A stretch of 64,000 nt of DNA from Bacteroidota bacterium (GCA_049522195.1 JBEKOB010000008.1:1251-65250); one strand, 5' to 3'; positions 9,866 through 20,103 are shown, counted from the stretch's first letter. The notes: generated by a model not told the origin, from the sequence alone. Program-made: numbers and translations.

Positions 9866-9999
9866 AAATCCCTCTGTATCCTTTCTTACTACTGGTGTTC
9901 TTAGGGAGGTTAATCGTAAAGTAGGTAGGAATAATTTACAAAATACTTTGGCAAGTCGAAATCCCAAAATTAGGAATGTTTACGTCGGATCCGCTTCCT

Positions 10000-11208
10000 C
10001 TAAGCGGCCGGTTTGAATTCCCCTTCCCATCGGGCAACAACCACAGTTGCGAGACAGTTTCCGATGACGTTGACCATCGTCCTTCCCATGTCCATCAGTT
10101 GATCCACACCGAGGAGCACCGCGACTCCCTCCAGGGGCAAGCCAAAGCTGGCCAGTGTGCCGGCAAGAACAACAAGCGCGGCCCGCGAAACACCTGCGAC
10201 ACCTTTGCTCGTCAGCATCAGCGTCAACACGATGACACATTGTTGGCCGATGGAAAGATCCATCCCGGCTGCCTGAGCAATGAACATCGCCGCGAGCGAG
10301 AGATAGAGCGACGATCCGTCAAGGTTGAAACTGTACCCGGTAGGGATGACGAACGAGACAATGCGCCGCGGAACACCAAGCGCTTCCATCGCCAGCATTG
10401 CTTTCGGAAGAGCTGCTTCGGAACTCGTTGTTGAGAAGGCGATGAGGGCCGGTTCTTTCACGGCGTTGAAGAACTTGCGTATCGGAATTCTGAACATCAG
10501 CGCAACACCGCCGAACACAAAGACAACGAAGATGATCAGCGCGATATAGAGTGACATCACCAGGAGGCCAAGGTTGATGAGAACTGAAAGTCCTTTGTTC
10601 CCGACTGTCACAGCAATCGCAGCGGCGACTCCGACCGGCGCATACTTCATGACGATGTTGGTGAACTTGAACATCGTTTCAGCCAGTGAATCACAGAACT
10701 GCAGGATGATTTCCCGTTTTTCCTTCGGAACCATGGCGAGAGCGATGCTGAATATCAGCGTGAACACCACCACCTGCAATATCTCCCCATTCGCCGCGGC
10801 CTCAAAAAAACTCTGCGGAAAGACATGAGTGAGAACATCTCCAAACGTCTGTTTCTTCGCAACGAGATCACCCAAACCTTCCGCCGCATGGAGTGTTGCT
10901 CCGACCCCCGGCTTGATAACGTTGACAACGACAAGGCCGATGATGAGAGCAAGTGTTGTCACAACTTCAAAATACACAATCGCCTTCACTCCCATCCTTC
11001 CCACCTGTTTCAGGTCACCGTGTCCTGCAATTCCAACTACCAGAGTAGAGAAAATGAGGGGAGCGACAATCGATTTGATGAGGCGGAGAAAGATGGTGCT
11101 GAACGGGCGCAGATTGACGGCAAACTCGGGAGCGAGCCAGCCGATGAGCAGGCCGGATGCCATTCCGACAAAAATCCATTGCGTCAATGATAGTTTTGGA
11201 AGCTTCAT
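10000..11208 (-). CDS. Dicarboxylate/amino acid:cation symporter (DAACS, GltP-like)
   Basis: The size (402 aa), the STTSSEAALPKAM motif and the SFNLDGSSLY region are typical of the sodium:dicarboxylate symporter family. Confidence 0.85.
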   Translation of the reverse strand: MKLPKLSLTQWIFVGMASGLLIGWLAPEFAVNLRPFSTIFLRLIKSIVAPLIFSTLVVGIAGHGDLKQVGRMGVKAIVYFEVVTTLALIIGLVVVNVIKPGVGATLHAAEGLGDLVAKKQTFGDVLTHVFPQSFFEAAANGEILQVVVFTLIFSIALAMVPKEKREIILQFCDSLAETMFKFTNIVMKYAPVGVAAAIAVTVGNKGLSVLINLGLLVMSLYIALIIFVVFVFGGVALMFRIPIRKFFNAVKEPALIAFSTTSSEAALPKAMLAMEALGVPRRIVSFVIPTGYSFNLDGSSLYLSLAAMFIAQAAGMDLSIGQQCVIVLTLMLTSKGVAGVSRAALVVLAGTLASFGLPLEGVAVLLGVDQLMDMGRTMVNVIGNCLATVVVARWEGEFKPAA

Positions 11209-11246
11209 CGTGACTCACTCATCTGAGGTGATGCACACTGCAGCAT

Positions 11247-12695
11247 TTATTGGGACGATGTTGTTTCTTCCGCGCTGTCGACTGGCTTTGAGTTGCGTGT
11301 CCAATAGTAATAGAATGGAAGAGACACGAGAAGAAGGACAATGCCGATCACGGCGTTCCTCGTATCCTCCACCAGGGTGTTGTAGATGAACCAGGTGGCA
11401 ATCGCCACAAACAGGAGCGTTGCGTACGGATAACCCCATGCTTTGTAAGGCCTGTTCGCGTTTGGCATCTTGCGCCGCAGGATGATCACGCTCACGGCCG
11501 TCAATGCATAGAAGGCCCACGATCCAAAGACAACGTAGGAAGTGATCTGGTCATAGGTTCCGCTGAAGGTGAGGAGGGATCCCCAAACGCCGAGCGAGAT
11601 GATTGCAATGTACGGGCTGTGGTATTGGGGATGGACTTTTCCAAACGATTTGGAAAACGCGCCGTCTGCTCCGGCCGCGTAGACGGAGCGCGGCCCCCCC
11701 AGCAACATTCCGTTTGTAGTGCCGAACGTTGAGCACAAAATTCCGACGACGACCAGCGAAGCACCGATTGGGCCGAGAACTGTTTGTGCGACATCCGCAG
11801 CAATGCGCGGGGATCCGGACATGGATTGAATCGGGATGACATACGCGAAGGCAAGATTCGCAGAAAGGTAGAGCACAATAACGGCCAGCGTCCCGAACAA
11901 GAGCGACATCGGCACATTGCGCTGCGGATTCTTGAACTCGCCGGCTGTAAGCGTGACGTCAATCCAGCCATCGTACGCCCAGAGGGCCGAAATCATTGCC
12001 AATCCGAATGCCGCCGTCATGTGGCTGTTCCATTGTTCGGGCCACCATGGAAGGTAGTTTGAACCGCTCCCCTTCCCCGAAAATACGACTGCCAGGATAA
12101 GTCCCACCAGGGCAACCACCTTCGCTGTTGTGAAAATATCCATCACCCAGCCGCCAAACTTCACTCCGCGCACATTTATGTAGGTCACAAGTGCTATAGT
12201 CGCAATCGCGACGATCTGGATCCATCCAAACGAGAACTCCATCGAATGGCCGAAGAGAGACCATTCCCCTTTCAGCATGGTGTTTGCAGGATTGAGGGCG
12301 GGAATGAAATAGCCAAGATACGTTGAGAAGGCGACCGCGATCGCTGCAGCCGAGCCAGCCTTGTTGATGAAATAGTCGTTCCAGCTGAAGAGGAATCCCC
12401 ACACACGCCCAAAGCTGTGCTTAAGATAGATGTACGGTCCCCCTGCTTGCGGCAGGACAGAACTCAGCTCCGCCAGCGTCAAAGCACCAAAGAGCGTCAG
12501 CATGCCTGCCACAACCCAGACGAGGATGATCGGACCCATCGCCTGAAGATGACCAGCGATTGTGGCGGGAACGATAAAGATACCCGACCCAATGATCACC
12601 CCCATATGGATTGCGATACCTTCGCGCAAGCCAAGGACTCTCAACAGCTGAGGATGACCCGATTCCCGGACTTCAGGCGTGGGGGACGCGCTCAT
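11247..12695 (-). CDS. APC-superfamily amino acid permease (LAT-like), paralogue of 4255..5751
   Basis: MGVIIGSGIFIVPATIAG and LPQAGGPYIYL align with the 4255..5751 product. An ATGA overlap links it to the upstream gene. Confidence 0.85.
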   Translation of the reverse strand: MSASPTPEVRESGHPQLLRVLGLREGIAIHMGVIIGSGIFIVPATIAGHLQAMGPIILVWVVAGMLTLFGALTLAELSSVLPQAGGPYIYLKHSFGRVWGFLFSWNDYFINKAGSAAAIAVAFSTYLGYFIPALNPANTMLKGEWSLFGHSMEFSFGWIQIVAIATIALVTYINVRGVKFGGWVMDIFTTAKVVALVGLILAVVFSGKGSGSNYLPWWPEQWNSHMTAAFGLAMISALWAYDGWIDVTLTAGEFKNPQRNVPMSLLFGTLAVIVLYLSANLAFAYVIPIQSMSGSPRIAADVAQTVLGPIGASLVVVGILCSTFGTTNGMLLGGPRSVYAAGADGAFSKSFGKVHPQYHSPYIAIISLGVWGSLLTFSGTYDQITSYVVFGSWAFYALTAVSVIILRRKMPNANRPYKAWGYPYATLLFVAIATWFIYNTLVEDTRNAVIGIVLLLVSLPFYYYWTRNSKPVDSAEETTSSQ

Positions 12696-14224
12696 TTCGA
12701 TGCCCCCTCCTTATATAACCTCATCCTGCTTTTCCAGAACCCGTAGGAGAAGTAGAGCACCATACCCACGACAAGCCAAACGCCGAAACGGATCCAGGTG
12801 ATGAGCGGGAGCCCCATCATCAGGTAGAAACACATTGCGATGCCGAGTAGCGGCACCCATGGGACCAGGGGCGTTTTGAAAACCCGCGGGCGATCCGGAT
12901 CGGTGTAGCGCAAGATGATGATCCCGGCACAGACAAGCACAAAGGCGAACAGCGTCCCAATGTTCGTGAGTTCAACAATTTCATTGATATTGGCGATGGA
13001 TGCGACGGCAGCGACAACGACGCCAGTCCAAATGGTTGTCACGTGCGGTGTCTGGTACTTCGGATGCACCTTGGCGAAATATTTCGGCAACAACCCATCA
13101 CGCGACATCGAGAAGAAGATCCGCGGCTGACCAAGCTGGAAGACGAGCAAGACAGCAGTCATCGAAATCACGGCGCCAAGCGAAACGATACCCGCCGCCC
13201 AGTCAAGACCAAGGCGAGCAAAAACTGCCGCAAGCGGATCAGCAACGCCGAGCTGATTCCACGGCTCAATGCCGGTGAGAACAGCTGCTGTCGCAATGTA
13301 GAGGACAGTACACACCACCAGCGAGCCGATGATGCCGATCGGCATGTCCCTTCCCGGATTTTTGCATTCTTCAGCGGCAGTGGAGATAGCATCGAACCCG
13401 ATGAACGCGAAGAAGATGAGGCTCGCCCCAGTCCACACACCTGCAAAACCGTTGGGCATGAAGGGGGTCCAGTTCGCCGGCTTGACGTAGAACGCTCCGA
13501 CTCCGATGAAAAACAGCAGGATGACAAGTTTCAGCGCAACCATGATGTTGTTTGCGCGGGAGGATTCCTTGATGCCGATGACAAGAATCCACGTCACGGC
13601 GGCGACGATTCCGATGGCAAGGAAATTGAAAATCACTGGAATACCTAGAATCGTGGGATGAGTCTGCCACGCTTCAAATGGGAGCGCAAGGTCGAGGGAA
13701 ATGGATCCTCCAGCCGCCACAACTGCCTCCGCCGCCTGGTGGGCCGAACGATAATCCACAGCAAGCCAGGCGGGGATATGCACGCCCAGTCCAACAAAGA
13801 GTTGATGAAAATATGCTGCCCAGGCAATCGCCACCGCCACGTTGCCAACCGCGTATTCGATAATCAGGTCCCACCCAATGATCCAGGCAATAATCTCACC
13901 GAGCGTTGCATACGAATACGTGTATGCGCTCCCGGCTATCGGAACAAGGGCAGCGAACTCCGCATAGCAGAGTGCACAAAACGCGCACGCAATGGCAGTG
14001 ATGATGAAGGAGAGCATGACACCGGGGCCGGCACCGAGGTGGCTCGGACCTCCCGCGGAAGCAGTGCCGATAATAGCAAAGATGCCGGTGCCGATGATCG
14101 CACCGATGCCAAGCGAGATGAGATCGACAGCTCCCAGAGTACGTTTGAGATGGGTTTCTGTTGAACGCTCCGCGTCTTCAGCAATGCGGTCGAGCGTTTT
14201 TCTGCGAAAGATTTGAATCGCCAT
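12692..14224 (-). CDS. APC-superfamily amino acid permease (CAT-like), paralogue of 5748..7520
   Basis: ISLGIGAIIGTGIFAIIG, LCYAEFAALVPIAGSAYTYSYATLGE and GWDLIIEYA align with the 5748..7520 product. Confidence 0.85.
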   Translation of the reverse strand: MAIQIFRRKTLDRIAEDAERSTETHLKRTLGAVDLISLGIGAIIGTGIFAIIGTASAGGPSHLGAGPGVMLSFIITAIACAFCALCYAEFAALVPIAGSAYTYSYATLGEIIAWIIGWDLIIEYAVGNVAVAIAWAAYFHQLFVGLGVHIPAWLAVDYRSAHQAAEAVVAAGGSISLDLALPFEAWQTHPTILGIPVIFNFLAIGIVAAVTWILVIGIKESSRANNIMVALKLVILLFFIGVGAFYVKPANWTPFMPNGFAGVWTGASLIFFAFIGFDAISTAAEECKNPGRDMPIGIIGSLVVCTVLYIATAAVLTGIEPWNQLGVADPLAAVFARLGLDWAAGIVSLGAVISMTAVLLVFQLGQPRIFFSMSRDGLLPKYFAKVHPKYQTPHVTTIWTGVVVAAVASIANINEIVELTNIGTLFAFVLVCAGIIILRYTDPDRPRVFKTPLVPWVPLLGIAMCFYLMMGLPLITWIRFGVWLVVGMVLYFSYGFWKSRMRLYKEGASK

Positions 14225-14439
14225 TCCGTGTCCCGCTTTGATGGTGGGGATATGACAATTTAGACAGCGATGGAACGAACGCGAATCTTTCAGCCCAAGG
14301 ACTGGGCAGCACCAGGGTCAGTTCAAGAAGTATTGTGTTGAAAGCAGAATCAAAACTTTGCAAACAATAACAATTATTGTGCGAATGTCCAAGAGGAAAT
14401 TGGTGGGCGGAGTGCGGATGGTGAGCGAACGTGCAGGAA

Positions 14440-16197
14440 TCAACCGCCGAAGATGACGAGCTGAACGTCTTCCGGCAGAAGATTGCTGAGGGCTCGCATG
14501 ACGCTTCCCTTGAGTGCGTATTCGAGCCTGCTGCGTTGTTGTGCTCCAATGATGACGCGCTCGACGCCGAACGTCGCAGCCTGCTCGGCAATTGTATAAC
14601 CGACATCGTAGCTCGGAATCTGGATCGACCGGTAGTCCACGCCGCTTTCGGTGCATATTCGCTCGATCGCCTGCTCCTGCCCGTTGGTGGGCATCTCGAG
14701 TTGGGCAGGCAGGGCGCCGACCGCAATTTCCTTGACGCGGAGGACAAAGAGGAACGCATTGCGCGCCTTCGCCTCCTCGAGTGCAAACTTGAGGAGCTTT
14801 TCGTTCAGATCCTTGACAGCGAGAAGATACCGCATGCTCGGAATGGGCCTCGTCCGTCGAGCCGGCTGGATAGCGGGCACCGGCACAACCTCGGGCAGCG
14901 GCGGCAGGACTCTGACTCGTTGTTTCGCAATTGCACGTGCTCCGAGCCCAACGACCAGGATGGTGGATGCAAAGATCGCCGCCTGATTCTTGTTGACTGC
15001 AATTGAGACTTCGATAAGGAGAAGAACCGTTGCCGAAACCATCATGAATCCGCGAACCATCGATTTCAGTTTGATACTTCTGTCAGTGGCTGTCGAACCG
15101 AGATTAATCGTCATCGCCCCAACCAGGCCGATGGCATACAGGTGGGCGAGCATTTCGACATTTCCAATCAGAAGCAAAACAACGACAGGTACCAATGTTG
15201 CGACAGCCAGCGGGACGATCGGGACACCGTGGCGGTTGAGGATTCTCAAGGAAGAAGGAAGCTCGCGGTCTACCGACATCAGGAACTGGATGGAGATCAG
15301 ATCGTTGAGCGCAGTATTGCCCGCCGAAATCAGCAGCACACCAAGCGATGCAGCAATGACCAGACCGAACCATTGGCTTACATAGTGCTCTGCCAGGAAC
15401 CGAATCATGTCTTCCAGGTGGTCACCAGGATTCAGCCCTTTGATGGCGAGCATCGCCAAGCCCAGGAACGCGTTGACAATCAGAACCTTTGCGAGAATGG
15501 CGAGGATCGCCTTCCGTGAATCACGTGTCGGGTCCTTCATCAGGCCCGTCATGTTTGAGATCGCCTCGATACCGGAGAGACTCAGGATGAAGCCGGTGAA
15601 AATCCCCCAGTTGTGGAACAGGCTGCCTTGTGGGGGATCGATCCTGGCGGATGTGACTGCAGTAGGTGCAGATGCGACGATGACGACAAAAAGTGTAACA
15701 AGTGTGAACGCTGTGATGAGAAGCGCCAACCCGCCTGAGTGCTTCGGTCCAAACCAGTTGAGCACCCCGATGGCGAGGATGACAACGATCGCCCAGAATA
15801 CAGGGTTCTCGAGCCCAAAGTAGTGGCACGCATCGAGCACCGAAAGCGCCATTGTTACGATGTAGTCCGCGCCAAGAAGAAGGGCTCCGACAACAGCCAG
15901 AAGTTTCGATCTGTGGTAGACGGAGCTATACACACCTCCGCCGTTGGGATAGAGATGGCAGATCGTGATGTAATTGATGGCCACGAGGGACGTCAGCGCC
16001 ATCATTGCGGAGAGATGCCAGAAACTGCCGTAGCCGGCCAGGGCAAATCCGATGCCCATGACGTACGCAACGCTTGTTCCCCAGTCACCATCAAGGATGG
16101 CGGCGCTGCGCATCCAGCCTAAGACACGAGGTCGGCTGGTTGCTAGTCGGGTAACACCCGAATGAGAGTGTGAGATATCAGAGGAGTCTTGAGACAA
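14440..16197 (-). CDS. APC-type permease fused to a C-terminal universal stress protein (USP) domain
   Basis: About 430 aa of TM helices are followed by a soluble tail, RYLLAVKDLNEKLLKFALEEAKARNAFLFVLRV...VIIGAQQRSRLEYALKGSVMRALSNLLPEDVQLVIFGG, which follows the USP pattern. Confidence 0.7.
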   Translation of the reverse strand: MSQDSSDISHSHSGVTRLATSRPRVLGWMRSAAILDGDWGTSVAYVMGIGFALAGYGSFWHLSAMMALTSLVAINYITICHLYPNGGGVYSSVYHRSKLLAVVGALLLGADYIVTMALSVLDACHYFGLENPVFWAIVVILAIGVLNWFGPKHSGGLALLITAFTLVTLFVVIVASAPTAVTSARIDPPQGSLFHNWGIFTGFILSLSGIEAISNMTGLMKDPTRDSRKAILAILAKVLIVNAFLGLAMLAIKGLNPGDHLEDMIRFLAEHYVSQWFGLVIAASLGVLLISAGNTALNDLISIQFLMSVDRELPSSLRILNRHGVPIVPLAVATLVPVVVLLLIGNVEMLAHLYAIGLVGAMTINLGSTATDRSIKLKSMVRGFMMVSATVLLLIEVSIAVNKNQAAIFASTILVVGLGARAIAKQRVRVLPPLPEVVPVPAIQPARRTRPIPSMRYLLAVKDLNEKLLKFALEEAKARNAFLFVLRVKEIAVGALPAQLEMPTNGQEQAIERICTESGVDYRSIQIPSYDVGYTIAEQAATFGVERVIIGAQQRSRLEYALKGSVMRALSNLLPEDVQLVIFGG

Positions 16198-16210
16198 CGT
16201 ATGTATCCGG

Positions 16211-16251
16211 ATTTAAAATAAGGAAGCCGAGGCACTTTCGGGCCCCGGCTT
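16211..16251 (-). terminator. Rho-independent terminator after the lipoprotein gene
   Basis: On the - strand, AAGCCGGGGC - loop - GCCTCGGCTT is followed by CCTTATTTTAAAT. Confidence 0.6.
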
Positions 16252-16275
16252 TCCCGATGAATCCGGCATATGGTA

Positions 16276-17280
16276 CTACTTTATGCGAAGTGACGCAACA
16301 GATTTTTCGAAGGCAGGAAGGAAATCCTTCTCCGAGGGCTTATAATAGTTGATGATGATGCGATAAATCTTATCATTTTTGACCACGAAATAAGCCCTGC
16401 TTGCAACGTCTTTCGTCGTCGAGTAGCTCAGGTAGGTAGACTTGTTGCCGTCGAGAGTCGCCTGGCCAGTCGATGTCGGTTTGTAGAACTTCGTGTTCTG
16501 CTCGATAACTTTCTCAAGCGTGAGCTTCTTTGCCGGACGCACATCGATAAGGATGTTCGAGTCATTCCGGTATCCCTGAAGCATCAGCGTGAAGGTTACT
16601 TCTCCCTTTGGCGCTGGCTGCACAGGGTTGAAATTGCTTGGGTATGCGATTTCCAGGATATCGTTCTTCAGATTCTCATAGGTTGACGAAGGAATGGATT
16701 CGTCGACCTTAACACCCTTGGCCCTCGGCAGCCGGGCGGTTGAAATGAACGTATCGATGGCAGCCTTGTACGGCTCGAAGTAATCGTTGAAGCCCCAGAA
16801 TGTCGCCTTGTAAAGAACCGAATCCTTCAGAAGGAAGACACGCGTCGCAGCGATGACTGTCTTGTCATTGTATCGCCCGCTGTAGCTGAACTTCAATGCA
16901 GGCGTGCCATCGACAGTGGCGGGCTCGCTAGGCTTCAGGTCGAAACCAGAAGCGCCCAAATCAGTTCGCTCATCCTGAACAAAGCCTTCCAGCGTCTTCA
17001 GCGTGTCTTCTTTTTCATAGCTCACAAGGATCTGAGCACCATCCGGTGCTTCCTTGGAGGTAGGATCGAAGAACTTGCCTACGGCTGCTTCGGTGGATGT
17101 GAAGGTCATCTTTCCAGATTCCCCTCCTTTGAACCATCCTTTCGGATAGTCGAACTGGACCTTGAAATACGGATCCTGATTCCTGTCCCAGTTTGTGATT
17201 GGGGGTAGAGGCTCCTTCTTATTGCAGCCCATCAGCCCCAGCACCACGATCGCGACAATGCCGAGCAATCTGTGCTTCAT
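16276..17280 (-). CDS. Lipoprotein of unknown function with two tandem similar domains
   Basis: The start is taken at MKHRLLGIVAIVVLGLMGC (lipobox LMGC; ATG 17278-17280). The two halves share a pattern (..YP..W/F.....G.vTF....ATvDG....fSYS......a.r.f..kd...Y......). The upstream 59 codons in the ORF track look non-coding. Confidence 0.6.
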   Translation of the reverse strand: MKHRLLGIVAIVVLGLMGCNKKEPLPPITNWDRNQDPYFKVQFDYPKGWFKGGESGKMTFTSTEAAVGKFFDPTSKEAPDGAQILVSYEKEDTLKTLEGFVQDERTDLGASGFDLKPSEPATVDGTPALKFSYSGRYNDKTVIAATRVFLLKDSVLYKATFWGFNDYFEPYKAAIDTFISTARLPRAKGVKVDESIPSSTYENLKNDILEIAYPSNFNPVQPAPKGEVTFTLMLQGYRNDSNILIDVRPAKKLTLEKVIEQNTKFYKPTSTGQATLDGNKSTYLSYSTTKDVASRAYFVVKNDKIYRIIINYYKPSEKDFLPAFEKSVASLRIK

Positions 17281-17486
17281 CGTATGCGTCCTTTCTTTGT
17301 GAGATGCGGTGTTAGTTTGTTCTCTCAACCGACAAGATATGAATGAACTACGTATCCTACGATGATCACCAATATTACAAGAACCAGACCCATGAAAACA
17401 TAATATCCGGTCACAGGTCCTTCTTTTTTCTGTCCAGCTTCTTGTTCTGCCATACACAAATTCCCTTCTATGAAAGTCCTTATGGA

Positions 17487-19169
17487 TTAATCTACAGGAA
17501 TACCGAGCAGCTCGAGACCTTTCTTGGCGTCTTTGTTCTTCGGGTCGAGTTTAAACGCCTTCTGGTATTCCTTGATTGCCTCCTCCTTGTTGCCCAGCAT
17601 TGCGTTAGCCTGGCCCAGCCGGAGGTGCGTATCAGCATCTGTGTCATTATATTGCAACGATTTCTTCAACGGAGCAATAGCTTGTTCATATTTCTTATCC
17701 ACAAGGAACGCGACACCGATATTCTTATGCGCTTCTGCGAGATCTTTCTTGTACTTCGCCTCTTCCGCGGGAGGAATCAGCTTCAGCCATTCTTCGTATG
17801 CGACCTTGGCCCGTTGCAGCGAATCGGGTGACTGCAGCAGCAATGCATGCGCAAGGCCTAACCAGGCCGGTGGATAGTCAGGGCGCTTACTGATAAAAGT
17901 GCGGTAAGCAATGCGCGCTGAGTCGTATTCTTTCAATGCGATCTTGCAGCCGGCATAATTCAGATATGAGCTAAGCGCAGCCGATGAGGAATCGATGCTG
18001 AACCTTCTTTGGAACAAGGCAGCCGCCTGAGCATATTTGCCGTCTGACATGAAAGCCGCTGCGGCCTTGTTGAACACGTCCTTCTTATTCGGATCAAGCT
18101 TCAGCACTTCTTCATATGCGATGACCGCGGCTTGAGTTTGCTTGAGCTCCATGTTGGCATCGCCCAATCTCATGTAATCGTCCACCTTCATCGTATCGAC
18201 TGCCTGCAGTTTCTTAAACGAGTCGACGCTTTCCTTGTACTTTTTGAGAACAAACAATGAGGTGGCCTGGTAACGGAGCGCCTTTCCGTTTTTCGGATCG
18301 GCCTTCAGGACCTGACCCGCTGCATCGAGTGCCTCGGGGAACTGGCGCAGGTTGAACAATGCCTCGGTGTACATTCCCCACGGTTCGATTTCCTTCGGGA
18401 AACGCTGTGTATACAATTTCAAGTATTTCGCAGCGTTGTCATATTGCTTCGGCCTGGATGCCATGTACATCTTGCAAAGCTCCAGCAAGATCTCTTTGTT
18501 GCTTGGATCCAGGGTCACAACACGGGCATATGCCTTCGCTGCATCGTTGTACCTGCGCTCTTTATAGTAGAGCTTGCCCAGTTTGATATAGATCTCTGCC
18601 TTCATGGAATCCAACTCGATAGATTTCTCGTACTGGGTAATAGCAAATGCGGGAACCCCCTGCTTGTTGTAAGCATCTCCGAGGTTGTCATAGATGACGG
18701 CAGAATTGGGAGAGGCTTCCTTTGCCTGCGTCAGGACAACGATAGCCCGGTCGACGGAATCTGCACGCAGCAGCAACCCTCCAAGAGCGATCAGGAGTTG
18801 TGCTTCTCCCTTCTTTTCCTGGAGACCAGTCGTCAGTGTCGTATATGCACCCTTGACGTCTTTCTGCGATTCTTCAATCTTTGAGACGATCAGATATCCA
18901 TTGTAGTTCTTCTCATCAATCGAGATCATCCGTTGACCTGCGATCTTCGCCGAATCGTTGTTCGAGACTTTCAGGTATGCCTGCGCGAGCGTTTGCCACG
19001 CGTCCATATTCCTTGGCGCGGTCTCAAGCGCCTGACGGAGAAGACCAATGGCTTCCTTCGCCTTGCCCTGTTTGAGCAGCTCTTTTGCATTGTCGATCTG
19101 CGCCTGTGCGGAGAGCCCCGACACAAACACGATACATAAGACGATGACACTAGCTACGAGCTTTTTCAT
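17487..19169 (-). CDS. Secreted tetratricopeptide (TPR) repeat protein
   Basis: The start is taken at MKKLVASVIVLCIVFVSGLSAQAQ (signal peptide; ATG 17167-19169 region, cat at 19167-19169). The whole length is made of A..Y..AL..dP-type 34-aa repeats. Confidence 0.8.
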   Translation of the reverse strand: MKKLVASVIVLCIVFVSGLSAQAQIDNAKELLKQGKAKEAIGLLRQALETAPRNMDAWQTLAQAYLKVSNNDSAKIAGQRMISIDEKNYNGYLIVSKIEESQKDVKGAYTTLTTGLQEKKGEAQLLIALGGLLLRADSVDRAIVVLTQAKEASPNSAVIYDNLGDAYNKQGVPAFAITQYEKSIELDSMKAEIYIKLGKLYYKERRYNDAAKAYARVVTLDPSNKEILLELCKMYMASRPKQYDNAAKYLKLYTQRFPKEIEPWGMYTEALFNLRQFPEALDAAGQVLKADPKNGKALRYQATSLFVLKKYKESVDSFKKLQAVDTMKVDDYMRLGDANMELKQTQAAVIAYEEVLKLDPNKKDVFNKAAAAFMSDGKYAQAAALFQRRFSIDSSSAALSSYLNYAGCKIALKEYDSARIAYRTFISKRPDYPPAWLGLAHALLLQSPDSLQRAKVAYEEWLKLIPPAEEAKYKKDLAEAHKNIGVAFLVDKKYEQAIAPLKKSLQYNDTDADTHLRLGQANAMLGNKEEAIKEYQKAFKLDPKNKDAKKGLELLGIPVD

Positions 19170-19176
19170 CCTACAC

Positions 19177-20103
19177 CTACTCCTGTGTGAGTTGAATAGT
19201 CCGATAAGGAATGGTTTTGGGAACGAGTCCAGCGTACAAAAAATCTCTTTGTCCAATATCTCCGGCAACAAATGTGCTGAACCCGTACGCCGCTCCCGGC
19301 GTCTTCTCAGATGTGTAGATATAGAGAGAATACGTCAACGGATAGACCCGATCGAAAATGCTTCTCTGCGTTGCTTTCACCGCGGTTATCACCCCGTCCA
19401 CGTCCGGCGCCAGAAGGTCGACGGTTCGGACATTCTTTTTCCAGCGTTGAGAGGCGGATTGTGTCGTGTCCTTCCAGACAGCGAATGAGACGATCCCCAG
19501 CGCTTCCGGGTTTGCGGCGACATATTGTAGAACACTATCTTGTGACGCGGCGACGGCCGCAAGCGGCACGTCTTTCTGGATCGTGAAGAAGTTGCGCGTC
19601 ACCATTTCATACAGGCCTGAATTTCTGCCTGTCAGGCACAGTTCGATAGCACCATTCAGCTTCGAACCGGGAAACTTACTCCACAAAGTGGTCTGCCCCG
19701 ACAGAATCGAGCCCAACTCTGCTGTCGAAAGCGACGTCACTTTGTTCTGAGTATGAACGAGAACAATCAGTGCATCGCGCGCAACCTCTGTTTCACCAAT
19801 GTTAATCTCGGCTTTTTGTGCAGCCTGCCGCTCTTCATCGTTCAACCGGCGATCAACCATGATGCAATGCGCATTGCCATTAACCATCTCGACGATCGCG
19901 CCCCTCGTCGACGTTCCAGAGGCTGTCACTGATACCCCAGGATAGACGCTGCGGTAATCAAACACCAATTGCTGTACGAGCGGCAGGTGTGATTCCGTCG
20001 CCAAGACATGCACTGTCCCGCTTCGAATATCTGACCCCTGCCGCTTCGTACATCCAGCAAAACTGAGAACAGCAATGACTGAGAACAGGATCGCGGATTT
20101 CAT
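19177..20103 (-). CDS. PstS-like periplasmic substrate-binding lipoprotein (PBP_like_2 type)
   Basis: Lipobox SFAGC. ARDALIVLVHTQNKVTSLSTAELGSILSGQTTLWSKF resembles the phosphate-binding-protein fold motif. Its position after tonB matches the known Bacteroidota cluster. Confidence 0.65.
   Translation of the reverse strand: MKSAILFSVIAVLSFAGCTKRQGSDIRSGTVHVLATESHLPLVQQLVFDYRSVYPGVSVTASGTSTRGAIVEMVNGNAHCIMVDRRLNDEERQAAQKAEINIGETEVARDALIVLVHTQNKVTSLSTAELGSILSGQTTLWSKFPGSKLNGAIELCLTGRNSGLYEMVTRNFFTIQKDVPLAAVAASQDSVLQYVAANPEALGIVSFAVWKDTTQSASQRWKKNVRTVDLLAPDVDGVITAVKATQRSIFDRVYPLTYSLYIYTSEKTPGAAYGFSTFVAGDIGQRDFLYAGLVPKTIPYRTIQLTQE

Noticed and set aside
9866-9967. N-terminal extensions offered by the ORF track (hppA here; also 17281-17457, 19170-19271, 28364-28441, 30863-30937, 34178-34417, 41636-41677, 21884-21943)
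   Set aside because: In each case an internal Met immediately precedes a canonical signal peptide, lipobox or conserved N-terminus, often with a purine-rich RBS. The extension has a non-protein-like composition or overlaps the upstream gene.
14178-14786. 202-codon Ser/Arg-rich ORF on the - strand, and other out-of-frame or antisense ORFs around the permease genes
   Set aside because: It is out of frame with, and overlaps, two well-supported permease genes. Its Arg/Ser-rich composition is typical of off-frame reading of GC-rich coding DNA.
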